Shown here: positions 1 to 13,844 of the stretch, in pieces
Position numbering within the stretch: position 1 is the stretch's first letter
How the letters are laid out: the number at the start of each line of letters is the position of its first letter
Assembly (NCBI RefSeq): GCF_018977255.1
Contig: NW_024704742.1
Location: 4,342,001-4,406,000 of the forward strand
DNA: 64,000 nt
DNA from: Callorhinchus milii
Taxonomy: Eukaryota
Direction: 5' to 3'
Notes under the pieces: generated by a model
Told to the model about the DNA's origin: nothing
The model's input: the letters and a program-made list of their open reading frames with translations, nothing else
Database searches by the model: none
Position numbers and translations under genes: made by a program

Positions 1-1909
1 TCTTTTACGTTCGATAATAATAGGGAACTGTCATTAAAATCTAGCACCAAATTCTAAAATAAGGAACCTAATTTCTATGTGAACAGTAATTGTAAGTACT
101 TTATTTTTGATGGATTGATGAATGCCCGATTGAAAAAAAAGAACCGAAACATATTTTTTTAATCCGATCAGATTGTAGCCAGTCGTGCTGCTCAGGAATA
201 TGCTCAGACACACATTTTGAGAATTATAGCCTCCATTTCCCAAAGAAATAATTTCTACAAGAGCGACTCCTATTACTGCGAGAGGAACACAGACATTGCG
301 ATTTATTATTATTTATGGTCTCTCGTCTTGTTTATGTGCACCAGGTTTGGTGTATGGGATGGAAATGTCATTATGCAAATGACATTGAATGTCCTTACAG
401 AGGCTAAATAATTTTTGTGTTGCACGATTAAACCTCATCTGTTATTGGTATGGGGCTGCAGTGGGCTATTAAAGAGTCCCAGCAGTATTTATTCCCAGTA
501 ATGGGAAAATGGAAAAGGAAAAAAAGCAAAACAATTGCTGCAACTAAACTGTGATTGTCCTGAGGAAATTTAACTTACAAAGAGGTCTGGATAGTCATCT
601 TGTTCAGCAGTGAGAGATAAATAAGAAAAGAAAAGACATTCTGTTGCACAGTCCTATTTGAACCAGTTTGCTTAAAATTAGCTCAATTTTATAAGAAATA
701 AATTGGCATGATCCTGACTCTATCAGAGGGGATTGGAAACCAATCGACTCTGGGATGTGCGGTTCAATGCCATTCTTTACCCAGCTGTGGACTCACATTT
801 GTATCAGTGTTGATAGCTTATGAATTCCAAAATTGACAGAATTTACAGAAAAATGAGGATAATCCATCTTCCTTAGTGGCCTGTCAAAACCTGGCCATAC
901 TTCATAATCTTCAATTACCGCTGCTATTTTCAGACATTTACATGTCGGCATTAGAGAGAAATGAAAATGAGAAAAGAAAGGGAGGGAACCGAAAATGCAG
1001 CTGTTTATGTGCAGAGAATAACAGGTGAAATAAAGAGAAAGGAACACATCCGCCCTTAAGCCTTCAGAGGGAAAACAAAAGACTTCTTTCTGCATCGTTA
1101 CCTCTCCACCCTGCAATATATTTGTGCATTCTTTTTATTTTAAACCAGTTACTTTCTTGATGACCCTGGCAATGCAGAAATAAATATCCCAGATTATTAC
1201 CCTGAGATCCTGACATAGGGATTATATAGACATTCAGAGAGTGGGCAGTGTGGTGTAAGGGTGCAGCAGTAAATCACTCGTCTCACACACATCAAGAAAC
1301 AAAGATTGGTATAAATTGCAAAGGCCAGGGTCAGACTGCAGTCACCTGTGTGATGAGTGGGTTGGTTCTAAACTGGCTGCTGTGGGTTAGGGGGGGACTG
1401 GTGACGGGTGGGGGGGGGGAAGACAGGCCATGCTTTGGGACGAACATTCACTGACAATTGAGCGTCAATCTGATATCTGTGCTAATCAGGGAATGGAAAC
1501 CTCTGGTGAACTGAGAGCCCCAGCAAAAGCTGGTGTTTCTATCTGGAGGAGAGCAATGAGTCTTTATTTTCCTTTCTGCGGCTCTTCTCATAGACATACG
1601 CACAGAACAGGGTAATTACTTCCACCCCTTTCCGGATTAAATCAAAAATATTTAATCCCGAAAGGTATAGGATTTAGCTCTCAGCCTGGCTCAGCTCGCG
1701 TCTCAGTCAGAAAGTTCTGAGCCCCAAATTAATAGCTGCTACCGACCTCCCAGATGGCTCCCTGCTGGACTCACAGCCTAGGATGACACTCCAGTGTAGT
1801 GCTGGGGATGCACTGCAATGTTTGAGGTGCTGCCATTTGAAGAAGACATTAAACTTGTGTTAAAGAACGGGGATTACATTGCTCTGCTCGGAACACCATT
1901 CCAAGAACA

Positions 1910-2900
1910 ACAAGAACAACAACTCACATTTATATAGCACTCGCTTCACACAGGTAGGGTCTTGGAGCACTTAACAGCCAGACGCTGAGCCAGAAAGGAA
2001 GGGGAGGTGACCAAAGGCACAGCCGAAGAGGAAAGTCTTCAAGTGTGATTTGAAGAATGGTAAAGAGGGGTCAAGACGGAGTAATTGAGGCAGGGAGTTC
2101 CACAGATTTGGGGTACAGTGGCTGAAAGTATGGCCTCCAACGGTGGGCGGAGGGGATGGCGGGTAGTGGAGTGGAAGGTGAACAGATTGGAGAAGTAGGG
2201 GGGGCCAGGTTGTGAAGCGATTTCAAAGGGTGAGTGAGGATCTTGAAATTGATCCATTCTGCAACAGGGCGCCAGTTGAGCCTGGCAAGGACTGGTGTGA
2301 TGGGGGTGCAGTGCAGAGCCTGGTATGGGTGAGGAGGCAGGCAGCAGAGTTTTGAAACATTTAAACCTTGTTTATACTGGAACTGGGGAAACCGGGGAGG
2401 ATTTCATTGGAAAAATCAAGGTGGGAGGTGACAAAAGCATCAATGAGGGTTTCAGTAGCGTTTGAAGTAAGACAGGGTGCAGGAAGGCAATTGGCGGAGG
2501 TGGAGGAAGGCAGTCCTAACTAAGATCTGGATGAGGGCTAGGCAGGATAACTGGGGATCGATCCTAAGCCAATGTTGCATACAGGTTCAGTGAATCTGAG
2601 AGATAGGCAGGGAAGATTAAGGAATTCAGAACCAAAGGTGAGAAGATATTGACAGGAGCCAAGGAGGATGGTTTCAGTCTTGTCCATGTTCAGCTGCAGA
2701 AGGTTGCCGTTCATCCAGGCTTTGATGTCAAACAAGCAGGCAGTCAGAACATCGATAGGACTGGGATCGCGACTTGAGAAGGAAAAGTAGACTTCAGTAA
2801 CATCTGCATACACGTGGAAGTGTGCAGATGATATCACCAAGAGAGTACACCACAGGTGACTGTGTGGGGGCGGGAGGAGAAATGATCCTCTCCTCAATAT
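1910..2900 (-). mobile_element. Degenerate L2 3' fragment
   Basis: ORF 2538-2897 contains HVYADVTEVYFS...LTACLFDIKAWMNGNLLQLNMDKTE, similar to the 49 kb L2; (AAC)n tail near 1910. Confidence 0.85.
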
Positions 2901-3004
2901 TCCCCAAATGCCAATTTATTGCCAAAAACAAAGATTGAATGATCCAGAGAAATGAACATGTGGCATTACAAAATAAAATCATTTGGGCCAAGATCCAATC
3001 TCCA

Positions 3005-3395
3005 TGAATCATAATAATAATAATGCTTACATTTGGAATAATGCATTTTGCATTAGGAGGACATCCCAAAGTGCTTCACAGTATATGTATTATTAAATGT
3101 AGTGACTGTGTTTTGTGGACAAAAGTAGCAGCAAATTTGCAGACAGCAGAACCCCATAATCAGGTATGAAACAAATCAGTTTTATTTAGGGGAATGCTGG
3201 CCAGAATATGGGGAGAAATTCCTTTCTCTGAACAAACAGCCATGGATTAATGTCTCATCTCCAACAACGGGGCAGACCCACAGCACTGCATTGGAGTGTC
3301 GGCCTGGACTTTATGAGTTCAAAATTCTGACATGGGATGTGAACCCATAACTTTCTGACTCCGAAGCGAGAGTGCTACCAACTGCACCAGCCTGA
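3005..3395 (-). mobile_element. Deu-domain-type SINE, degenerate
   Basis: gaacccataactttctgactccgaagcgagagtgctacc head, central domain and tail. Confidence 0.65.
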
Positions 3396-4574
3396 CACAT
3401 CAAAGAGACGGTGCAACCATTGAACTGTATGGTAAAGATTGTCAACACAATTGTCTAAGAGTTCCTATGTTATGACTGTAATGGGAAATACCATTTGTAA
3501 AAAAAAATTAAGTTCTGATGGGAATGAGTCATTCAGTAAGGAATGTGGGAATTACAACAACAACAACTTGCATTTATATAGCGCCCTTCACGTGGGGTAG
3601 ACTCCCAGAGAGCTTCACAGTGGTGGAGTCTGACAGTCTGAATTACTGCTCCAGCGAGGAATACGGGAATTACTGTTCGAGTAAGGAATTTGGGGGAGCT
3701 AAATCTGCCAAGGGATCAAGCATGTGGTGAAGTCGATCAAGGGTGCTTTAAGCTTGCAGGAACCACTTTGATGAGTTTCAAAGTGAAGCTAATGATGCAG
3801 GAGGATGATTAGAGATGCTATTCAGCATGATTGGAATCTGACATTTCCTTAAAAAGGTTCCTGGAATTTGGAAATGTTTGACACAGAGCTCATCATAGCT
3901 CCCCCAGGGCCCTTCACTGTGAGCTACCGGCAGGAATTGGTAGCGGGGAAAGTGGTAGAAATGCTTGCAGGGAGTAAATATATAATAGTATATTTTTTGA
4001 TGTACGATTTGCGCTAAGTTTCGCCTGAGGTGCGGGGAGGAAGTGAATGGGGGAGGGTTGCAGCAGCTATTGCTCCTGTACACAGATCTCAGCTTCTCTT
4101 AATCTTGAGCCCTGCCTTATAGTGTCTGTCAGCGTTGAGAGGGATCCCTGAAGAGCAGAAATCAAATATCTGGCCCAAATTAACTGGGCAACACAGGGAG
4201 GGGGAAGGGGTCCTTTAAATAGCCTGCCGTAGACTGCGGTATTGTTAACTTTGTTTACTAATTGCCACTATTCGGCAAAAAATATATAAATATAATAATT
4301 TGGTCCCTCAAGCCATGACTGTTTGTGGGACACTGCTGTGTGCAATTGGCTGCCCCATTAAGTCGGGGCAAAATATGCAGTCGATTCATTTTATAATATA
4401 TTCCGTGAAGCACTTTGTGGCATCTCGAAGACGTACTAAGGCGCTATAAGAAATGCAAAGATTATTATATGATTGTTATTTTATAAGTGAGCAGTTTTCA
4501 GTGCTCAGTCTGTTTCATGAAACGTTGGACTTTGACATAAGGCGGGAGGGGTGGTGGGGGGAGGGGGTTCTGCC

Positions 4575-4980
4575 CAGGGCATAGATGCGGTGCAGAGGTA
4601 ATGTAATGAGGATGATCCCCAGTGTTCGAGGAACGAGCTAACAGAAATGACTGGATAAGTTAGAGCTCTTCAGTTTTGAAAAGAGATGGCTCAGAGGGGA
4701 TTTTTCAGAAGTATATAAGAATCAAAATGGGATTGGGAAGTAAATCCAGAAAAATACTTTCAGATGCGCCAAAATATCAGGGTAAGAGCACAGAGGTTTA
4801 GGGTTGTAATTGGCAATATTAGGACAAACATTTATTTGCCAGAGGGTAACTAATAGGTGGAAGAGTGGCTGAGGCCAGGACTCTGGACACACTTAAGAAA
4901 TAGCTTGTAATGGAGCTTGTAATGATGTAATGGGAGTGTGGGGGTGGAAGGATGAGATGAGAAGGATTTTTCATCTGAAC
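4575..4980 (+). mobile_element. Degenerate CR1 3' fragment
   Basis: gtgcagagg...aggatgat...ttcagttttgaaaagagatggctcagagggga (QRR..RM / FSLEKRRLRG-like). Confidence 0.65.
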
Positions 4981-5169
4981 ATCCCTCAAATGTGAATATT
5001 ATGAACTACATTGGAGTTTCCCCAGACAAACTCCAGGGAGCCACCTCAGGGCAATGTTATACAAAGGAGTGCGTTGTGAAGCAATGATCTACTCTAGCGT
5101 ATAATATTTTTCTGTCCATTCCCTCACTGGAGCTGCCTACTGCGATCAGATTAGCCCATTTCTTTCTTT

Positions 5170-5610
5170 TCCCCCAATACTATTTGATGAGGTCTAATTT
5201 ATGGTGTTTTATAAAAAGATTCCTTAATAAGGAATCGAGTAGAGTAAACTGGGATTTCTTCACTGTGTGTGACAATGTGTCAGGCCGATTGTCAGGAACT
5301 CCGCTCCGATTTGATGTAGGTCTGGAATTCTTTATTAAGGAGTTAATTCTATTAACAAATATCGCAAACTAGATGCATTGACGAAGCCTAAATAGCCTCT
5401 TGTGATGACATGTTCTGCATCTGATAAACCTATATGTTGCGCGCTTGAGGTCAATACTGAACCTTTGCCATATTTGGCATCCCAGAGGAAAAACCGTGGG
5501 CCTGGATAGCTCAAGCAGGGAAAGGGTTGTAAGGTGGGCATTGTTATACCTCTGATTCGTCTTGTGTTCAAGTCGGTGTAGATCAGGTATGATACATAGC
5601 AAAATCTTTT
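5170..5610 (-). mobile_element. Possible degenerate Penelope-like ORF N-terminal fragment
   Basis: Frameshifted DLHRLEHK-RIRY-NAHLTTLS-CL...FPLGCQI...FIKHHKLDL resembles the recalled Penelope N-terminus (K.TRY.SH..FL..CL....P.G). Recall only. Confidence 0.35.
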
Positions 5611-5780
5611 ATCCTCCATGTGCTGGGTTATTTTCCATCGTGCAATATCTCAAAGCTTTAGCACTTTAACCCAACACTTGTCAATGGAGTGCTATTTGTA
5701 AGAGGAAAGCCAATTTCTAGAGCAAAGCAGATGTATGCCTTTGGATAGAAGTTATTAACAAGAATGTGTTGTGTTTGCAG

Positions 5781-5907
5781 TCCACAGATTATTCCGCCAT
5801 GGGACCACTGACGGGTGGACTGGAAGATATGAAGTCAAACTTAAATCCTGCAGCGGTTGATATAGGGACCAGCGTCTCAGTTCCTCATTCTTATCCCATT
5901 GTAACAG
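5781..5907 (+). CDS. PAX5: Pax5 coding exon (equivalent to human exon 7), 127 nt, phase 0 to phase 1
   Basis: Acceptor gtgtttgcag|TCC and donor ACAG|gtaagg. Translates [43 protein letters not shown], matching recalled human PAX5 [44 protein letters not shown]. Confidence 0.95.
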
Positions 5908-6793
5908 GTAAGGGGGTATAGCCATTGGTATTATGTGTGTGTGTATTGTCGTTGCCATTCTGCCATGCTAATGGACTTGTGAAATACTGACGAGTATTAC
6001 AACAGACCAAAGCTAATGTTGAAGAAAGATATTCAAGAACTGGCCAGAGTGCAATAGCAATAGTGTGAAATGCAGTCATTGCACCTTGTCTCCAGTGTGC
6101 AGTCGCTTTCACCACGAAAACCATTTAGAGGCTGGTGTTGTGAAGGGTTGGCAGGTTTTTCGTTCGTTCTCCCTAGCTTTGGTGGGGGAGCAACAGTTCC
6201 TTGGATTTATTTAAACAGAATTCATTGCCTAAAACTTCGGCTTTCTCGCAGAAAAAAAGCTGCTCAAAGAAGGAGGAATGAGTAGAGAGAGTTAAGCAAA
6301 GGATGTATAATGAGCTACTCTGTCATTCCTGCACCCACGCCCATGCTACTATTTAACCATGCTGGTGGGAGGGACAGAGCAACAACAGAGACTAAGCAGG
6401 TACTGGATGTATGCTACATGTGAGAGATCCTTTAAAACCAAACGCGCAGCCCCAGGTGGAGGAGCAAGCAAAGATGAAAAGAGAAGAGAAGATGGGAAAC
6501 ATCAAGGAGTAGTGACCCAAAAACTTGGGTTTGGAGTAGATTGTCACAGGAAGGCTGAGGGAGGTAAGTAGTCTAACAGTCATGACATTAGCAAATCTAC
6601 ATTCAGTATTGCTGTAGCTTAAATACCTGTACTAGAAAAACGAGCGCACGGGCATTGCACAGAGGAAATGTAAAAGAGTGTGGATGTACTAATATCTTTA
6701 AGGTGAAAAGTGGCAGACAAAGGTCTGAAAAGATTTACAAAATGTGCCTGGGAGATAAAACCTTGACTCAGTATAAACAATACTGGACGGTTC

Positions 6794-6870
6794 TGTATTT
6801 TGAATCAATGTATTTTTAAAATGGTTGAGTATATAAACTAGATTTTAAAAATACATTGATTCGAAATACA
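6794..6870. repeat. 77-bp near-perfect palindrome (29-bp arms), MITE-like
   Basis: TGTATTTTGAATCAATGTATTTTTAAAAT (6794-6822) versus ATTTTAAAAATACATTGATTCGAAATACA (6842-6870), one mismatch. Confidence 0.9.
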
Positions 6871-7344
6871 TGATGTGCAAAGTGCACTGGGCAACACATG
6901 GTTGACAATCCCTTGGATTGGGTTTCCGTATAGAATTGATGACCTGATAATCTGTCTTCAATGCCTCAAAGATTTTTCACGCGTTCTTTACAACGCCTGT
7001 GTGTAGAGGGATGCTGCTGCTAATTTAAATGACTCAGTGTAGAAGTGAATTCATTTGGGATTGCGGTCAGGCTGGGCATTGGAGTCTAAGGAGTGGCTGG
7101 CTTGGAATAATAATAATAATCCTTGCATTTGGTATCGCGTCTTTCATATCAGGAGGGCGTCCCAAAATGCTTCACAGGATTTACCGTGAACAACTACAAC
7201 AAAATTACATTTGTAAAGCGCCTTTCACGGCGGGAGGATGTCCCAAGGCGCTGAATAGTCAGGGATCAGGACCCGAGCGTGGGGGTGGGGTGGGGACAGG
7301 GTTGGGATGAGGGAGGGCAGAGTGATACGAGGGCGGCTGACCAA

Positions 7345-7585
7345 TTTTATTTGGGGTCTTGTTGGGTAGAAGACTGGGAGCACCTCCCTTCTCTTTTCAA
7401 CTAATGCAATGGGATATTTAACGCCCACCTGAATAGACATACGAGACCTCGGTTTAGTATCTCATCCGAAGGCACCCCTGACAATGCAACCCCCACCCCA
7501 CCGCGCCCCTCCCAGCACTGACTATTTGAGTTCAAGCCTCGACATGGGGCTTGAACCCGTATCCTTCTGACTCAGAGGCGAGAAT
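7345..7585 (-). mobile_element. Deu-domain-type SINE
   Basis: Reverse complement of the head (cttgaacccgtatccttctgactcagaggcgaga) and central domain. Confidence 0.7.
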
Positions 7586-9804
7586 AGCTGGTCTGTCAAG
7601 ATGCACTGACATATTTTCCACTGACTGCCAAAATAACAATGGCTATAGTTTTTTAATTGGGGAATCCCGTAGAATAACCCCGCAATGTTTAAGTTTCACT
7701 GTGACTGAAGGGGAATAAACATGAAAAAATTATGATTATTAGCACGCGAGATAATGATTTACGACATTTGTTATGAAGTTGCAAAATGCTGCATAGTCAT
7801 AGTTGTAAAATGCTGTATGTTCGTCAGCCATAATTACTACAGCTATGACCTATAACAGCTGTCCTGTGATTTTTGGCGCGGAAATCCCAAGCAGTTAATT
7901 ATAAACATGCCAATGACATAGATACATGTAAAATAGCATGGTTTGGGTCATATGCAGGGGATTGAGTATATTATTCTTTCTTACAAGCGCTCCGGGACTC
8001 TACCCCGTGTGAGGGACGCTATATAAATATAGCAATTTGTTGTTGTTATAGTTTTCGCATGGTAAGATTCTTTTATTGGGCGACCCTGTTGTTAAACATT
8101 GCGTTCTAACAGTGCCTCAGAACAAAATGGCTGCTGGTTCTGCATCCAGTTGTCAGGTCACCGCTGACATCGCTTCTCGTGCATTACGAGAGGCGTGCAG
8201 GACATTACACCCGTGACTTCCTGTGGAAAACATGTATGGGAAGCGGCGGTTGCAATCATCTGATGACCCGAAAAGTAACCATCTTCTGTGTCGGAAGCCA
8301 TGTATCCTGCGCAAAGGTATAGAATGGTTTCAGAGGAGTGGTGGCCAACCCATGGCCCATGGGGGTGGGGTTGTGCGTGAGTCTGTCAAGAAGTGACCCA
8401 CCGCAAATTCACACTAGTCTACGCAAATCTGTGTTAAATCAATATTTTGGCTCCAGTAGCTGCTGAGTGACAATATTAATGGCGTTGCCATCAGTCAAGA
8501 ATTATTCAATCAAACAGGATCGTCTATATATCATCTCTTTTTGTAAATAAAAGTGCAAAAAATGTGTGAGGTTATCACATATCAAACGATATTAGCTGAA
8601 TAATTCATTTGTGTTACCACATTCCAACAATTTTAGAAGATTTATTTTTTTCCCCTCACATCTTGTCGAGGTTGATTTCCTAATCTCCCTTTGTGGGGTA
8701 TGTTCAGCATGTTACAATCTCTTCTTGGCCTCATCACAACATACATCCCTCTTCCTCAGTCAAGTAATGTTGTGCATATACGTGTTGCTTGGCTATTAGT
8801 ACGTTGATAATAATAATCCTTGCATTTGATATAGCGCCTTATCATGTCTTCAAGATGTCTCAAAGCGCTTCACAGATATTTTGATAGACTCAAATATTGC
8901 TTTGTACATGGTTAAATGGTTAATCTTGGAAATGAGTCTCTCTCTCCAACCTGGCTGCTGTTTTCACTTTACATCTGAAAAAGAAGGCTCGTTCCAGCTC
9001 GAGTGAAATGAGAGAAACAGGAACAATTGAATTTCAACAACTTGTAGGTCGTGCTGCAGTTCATAAGCTTTGCTTCCATTTGCAAGCCAATGACATAGCC
9101 ATGCTGTGTAAGTGCTGCAGTCAGCAGTCTCAAAGGCTCTTGATTGTTACTAATTACCAGCAGATACAGTTCCCTGGCTCGGCTTGCTGACTTCAGCTAA
9201 GTCCCATCAGTTTGAAAGGACAAAGTGACAATGAAATTGACACTTCAGCAGTGTTCTCCAATATAGCGCAAGGGAGATTGACAAACCCGCAGCCAGCTTC
9301 CAGTTTAACTGGCCCATGAGTCAGTTTGCATTAAGAACTTAGGAGCGAACAGATCAAACTGTCGACTCGCCGCTCAGGAGCGTATAGGAGAACGTTCTGA
9401 GCCTAGTGAAATCTGACATAAGACTTCTGTGGCTTTGGGGGGAAAAAAAACGGTATTCTATACCTAGATGTTCTTTAACGTTGGGAATGCTGGAATGGTT
9501 TATCAATCTATTACTTTGATAGGTTGTATGCAGGAGCTGACTGCAGTCCTGCACAACTGAGTTACTATAATAATATAATAATATAATAATAATCCTTGCA
9601 TTTGATATAGCGCCTTATCGTGTAATCGAGAAATCTCAAAAAACTTCGCAGAATATACTGTAAAGCGGAGTGACTGTGGGCGAAACTACAACGTGAAGTC
9701 ATTGAATATGAATGCTGTGCTTATCTGCATTAGTGCGCCAAGTACAATATGGTGTAAAGAATGCAATGCTTCATAACAGATTTGAGGATTGTGTGACAGT
9801 CTGG

Positions 9805-10210
9805 CTGCATTGGTACCACAGTCACTTCTGAGCCAGAAGGTTGTGTGGGTTCTAGCCCCACATCGGGACTTATAGCTCACGTAACCTGGCTGACACCCCA
9901 AAAATACATTGCTGGGTGTGAGCTGCATTGTTGGAGGTACCGTCCTTCAGATAAGACATTAACTGAGGTCGCAATCTGCCGCCTGAGCTTAAAAGATCCC
10001 ATGCACTCACTCTTCAGAAAGATGAGGGAGCTTCTCCTGGTGTCCTGCCCAAATAAAAATTGGTCACTCATTGTGTGTGGGACACTGACCCCCTGCATCA
10101 CCAATAGAATATGCAGTCACTACACTTTACAATGAATCCTGTGAAGTGCTTTGAGATGTTTTCCCGAAATGAAAGATGGTATATCAAGTGTAAGGATTAT
10201 CATTATTATT
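9805..10210 (+). mobile_element. Deu-domain-type SINE (SacSINE1/AmnSINE-like)
   Basis: tRNA-like head, then ggaggt.ccgtccttcagataagacattaa.ctgaggtc...aaagatcccatg..cac...ctcctggtgtcctg, recalled as the DeuSINE central domain. Confidence 0.7.
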
Positions 10211-11649
10211 TAAATGTCATCAAATCTGTTGCTGATCAAATCTGTTATTCATATTGGTGGATTTATTTTCCAGGGTGTAATAATCCCTTCCAAAATAATA
10301 ATAATAATAACAATAATAATTTAGTCACTCAATCCATAACTGTTTGTAGGACACTGCTGTACATAATTGGCTGCCGTTGTTTTGTCCAAAAAATATACAG
10401 TCAATTCACTTTATAGTATATTCTGAGAAGCGCTTTGAGACGTCTCGAAGATGTTCGAAGGGAAAGAGTTCACACTAAGAAATTAATGGCAAAATGCAAT
10501 GCTTCTTATCAAATTAATAACATATTTAATAATTATTAAATCTCATGACACAATGCATTTTTTTTTAACTCTTGTGTCGTTTTCTGCTCAGTTTACTGTT
10601 CATAGACATTGTTGATACTTTACTAGAAATGTACATTTTGTAGTTAGCCTGTTAGGGAATATTTCATTTCCTGAGTCATTTACTGATTCCTGGGACCATA
10701 CAGTTTTGTTAGCTGTGCATGCAGCGACTTAAAAGAAAATTTAATCATAAGTAATAAACAAAATGACTAAAATTCTACGTATTGTGATACGGTGTAATGT
10801 GTTAATCACTAAATAGCTGAATAGCATAGACCAGAAAGGCCCCAGGCTTTATTCCCTTGCATCTGTATTATACAATAGAATTTACATTTATAGAGTGCCA
10901 TACATGTTGGGGGATATTGCAGAGTGTATCACACAGCTGACTGGGCACCTAATCGGGGGTTGGGGAGCTGAGGAGGGTGGGGTGACATTTGCACTTGCCC
11001 AGGTTTATTTAAACCAACTTCAGTTCTCTAAGCTTACATCAGTTAAGTTTTTCTGATAGCATTTCTGCCCCAATCCCTGTGAGTGGCAGGCAACTCTCAA
11101 ATCTCCTGATAAAGTCAATGGCATGGTTCAGAATTCCCAAGCCAGACTCCTCCGGAATGAAAAGTTGCTGCAACATCTCAATCAAAGCAACTTGCTGAGG
11201 TTTCCAAGTGATCAGATAACTTGTGAGGCTCTGAATTTCGTAGATCAGAAATGAAGTGATTTTGTTCTCTTTGCTTATGAGGCATCACTTTGTGACAGCT
11301 TGGCTCACTTTACAGCATTCCTGATTTGTGGCTCACAAGATTGTGGGATCAAACCCACAATGGGACTTAAGTTTACACTCTAGATTGAGATTTTATTGGC
11401 TGGTTGGAGGTACTGTATTTCTGTATGAAATGTTAATTCCTAACTGTCTGTTCAGGTGGACGTTAAAAATCCCATTGCAGTATTTGAAAGCTCAGTTTTC
11501 CCCCCCACCTCTGTAACATTAATAATCCTTGTATTTTTGCATTTGATGTAGCACCTTATCACGTCATTGAGACGTCTCAAAGCGCTTCACAGAACATACT
11601 GTGAAGTGATGCATTTTGTGGGCGAAAATACACAATGAAAATGCACATT

Positions 11650-11955
11650 GCCTCTCTCCGCTCTGCATTCTGAGACTCTACTTCCCTTGACAGGCCTCAG
11701 ACTAACCAGAATTCTGCAGCTCATGTCCTTTCCCGCACTAGACTCCGTGAGTCCATCACCTCCATTCTCACTCGGCTCCACTGGCTCCTCAGTCCCCAGC
11801 TCTCAAGATCAAAATTCTCACCCTAACGTTTAAATCCCTTTACGGTCTTGCACCATCCTACCTCTGTGACCTCCTCAAAACCTACAGGCCTGGTTGCTCC
11901 CTCCACTTAGCGGACTGCTGCACATCCTCTGCTCCACCCGCTCTACCATCAGGGT
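11650..11955 (+). mobile_element. L2 3' fragment
   Basis: ccagaattctgcagctc...ctccactggctc...tttaaatccct motif (QNSAA / LHWL region). Confidence 0.75.
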
Positions 11956-12789
11956 TAGGCTGACATGATAAGGCATTGCGAAAATGGAATTTCTGTCTTT
12001 CACTTGATGCAGAACGGTTAACTCCTCACTTGCTGTGGGTTATTGACTGCAGGCGAGCATAGACAGACTTGAATTCTGGTGGATAGAAGGCAGATTATCC
12101 TAAATCTGAGAAGCACAAGTTAAGAACTATGCTGAGATAGGTGAAACATTTTGTAACCCACTGACCTCTGTTCTATAAACTGTTCTAGAATGGTAAACAC
12201 TCAGTTACAATTTTTCCGCTTACCAGTTTGATGGGCACAACAAAACTATACTGGGAAAAAACGCGATTACAAGTGTTTGTAAAAGACTGTTAGAAGAGTA
12301 GCATCCCCAAGAAAGCTCAGCCTTATTTGTCTTTGACAGCAATGATAATTATTGTGTACTAAGGCGTATGCCTATCAGTCAGTGAAACAATATTGTGGCT
12401 ATTTGGAGCAGTCTTCAGACAAAACTTGTCTTGTTTACATGCTCAGTGCAGGCCATGCAGAACGGTGGACGTGACGAGGGTGACCTCAGACAGGCTAGAG
12501 TCCATCTCCTTGCGACCATGGAGTAGATCTGGGCTGTGGATGTGCGGATTGGCAGTATAAGAGTTATTAAGATGTAAACATTATGCTTACATCAGGAACA
12601 CAGAAACTGCTGAAGTTTAGCACTCAGTCTATAAACAGCTGAATGACCTTGTCCTATTCCATGCTTTCTTATGTTCCTAGAAACCCAATGTTATATGTGA
12701 GTCTTGTGCAACATAAATGAGCTGTAGCAAACAGTCTGTTGGTTACTTATTTAAAACAGTAAATGATCAAGAAGGTGATGATGCAGTTA

Positions 12790-13185
12790 AACATAGAATT
12801 ACATAGACTGAATAGCACTGAAACAGGCCATTTGTTTCCAATTATCTGTGCTGATAATTTTACTTGCACACATTCCAAATCCCTCTCCCTATTCACCTTA
12901 ACCATCTATTCTGTCTCCCTCATGAATACATTGGGTGTCTCCAATGATCCATTGATGTTTTCTGCTTCAACCACAGTTTCCGACAGTGAATTCCACATTC
13001 TCAGCACTCTCTGGGCAAAGCACCTCCTCCTTGAACTGTGTGTAAGATTTGTCAGTGGCATATCTTATATTTATGGCCACTTGTTACGGACCCACCAATA
13101 AGTGGAAACGGTCTATTTATGTCAACTCTTATCAAACCCTTTCATAATTTTTATACATCTCTATCAGATTCCTTCTCAAACTTGA
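12790..13185 (-). mobile_element. CR1 3' end fragment
   Basis: catagaat...cagcactgaaacaggccat terminal motif, and ttccacattctcagcactctctggg. Confidence 0.65.
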
Positions 13186-13844
13186 ACAGTTTAAATGTAT
13201 ATCCTGCAAAATCTACCTAAACCAAACACAAGATTGGCAACTTCAAAGTGCTATTGGTGATGAATGCCATTCACATTTTGTTTAACAATAATAATAACCC
13301 TTGTATTTGATATGGCGTCTTATCATGTCCTCGAGACGTTTCAAAGTGCTTGTGGATGATAGGATAGGTGTCTGAACAGTTTATCTTCATGGATTGGAGC
13401 TCTTTGATGTGTTGTGGAAAAGTTTCCTGCAGCCCATGTGTGAGGTGCAGGCCCAAGTTGTGAGATGGGTTTGTGGTGAAAGGGAAACAGTCTGTAAAGA
13501 GTGTTCCAGACAATACCCATTTATTACTCTGGAGTCAGAATTGACTTCACTCATCTTTTTGCTAAAGTGATTCACATGAGGTCCTGCATTGAGTTTAACT
13601 GGTGTTGAGCAGGCCTGATGCCCAACACTGATCCTCTGGGACCGCCGGGTGGCTAGCACGTTGTAAGCTGCCTTGCCGAGGTCGCTCCATCACAGTGAAG
13701 CTGAATAGCATCAAAACACAGATCAGAAGACTGAAGATGTTGTGGACTGTGAGTTTGTGAGTATTGATTCTTTACCTGGGAGTGTCAGAGAGTGGGTGGG
13801 GTGGGGTGGAGGGGTGCAGGCGGAATGACTGGAATGAGGCTATG

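Noticed and set aside
13340..13750. Possible RTE-like LINE remnant
   Set aside because: Similarity too weak to call by eye.
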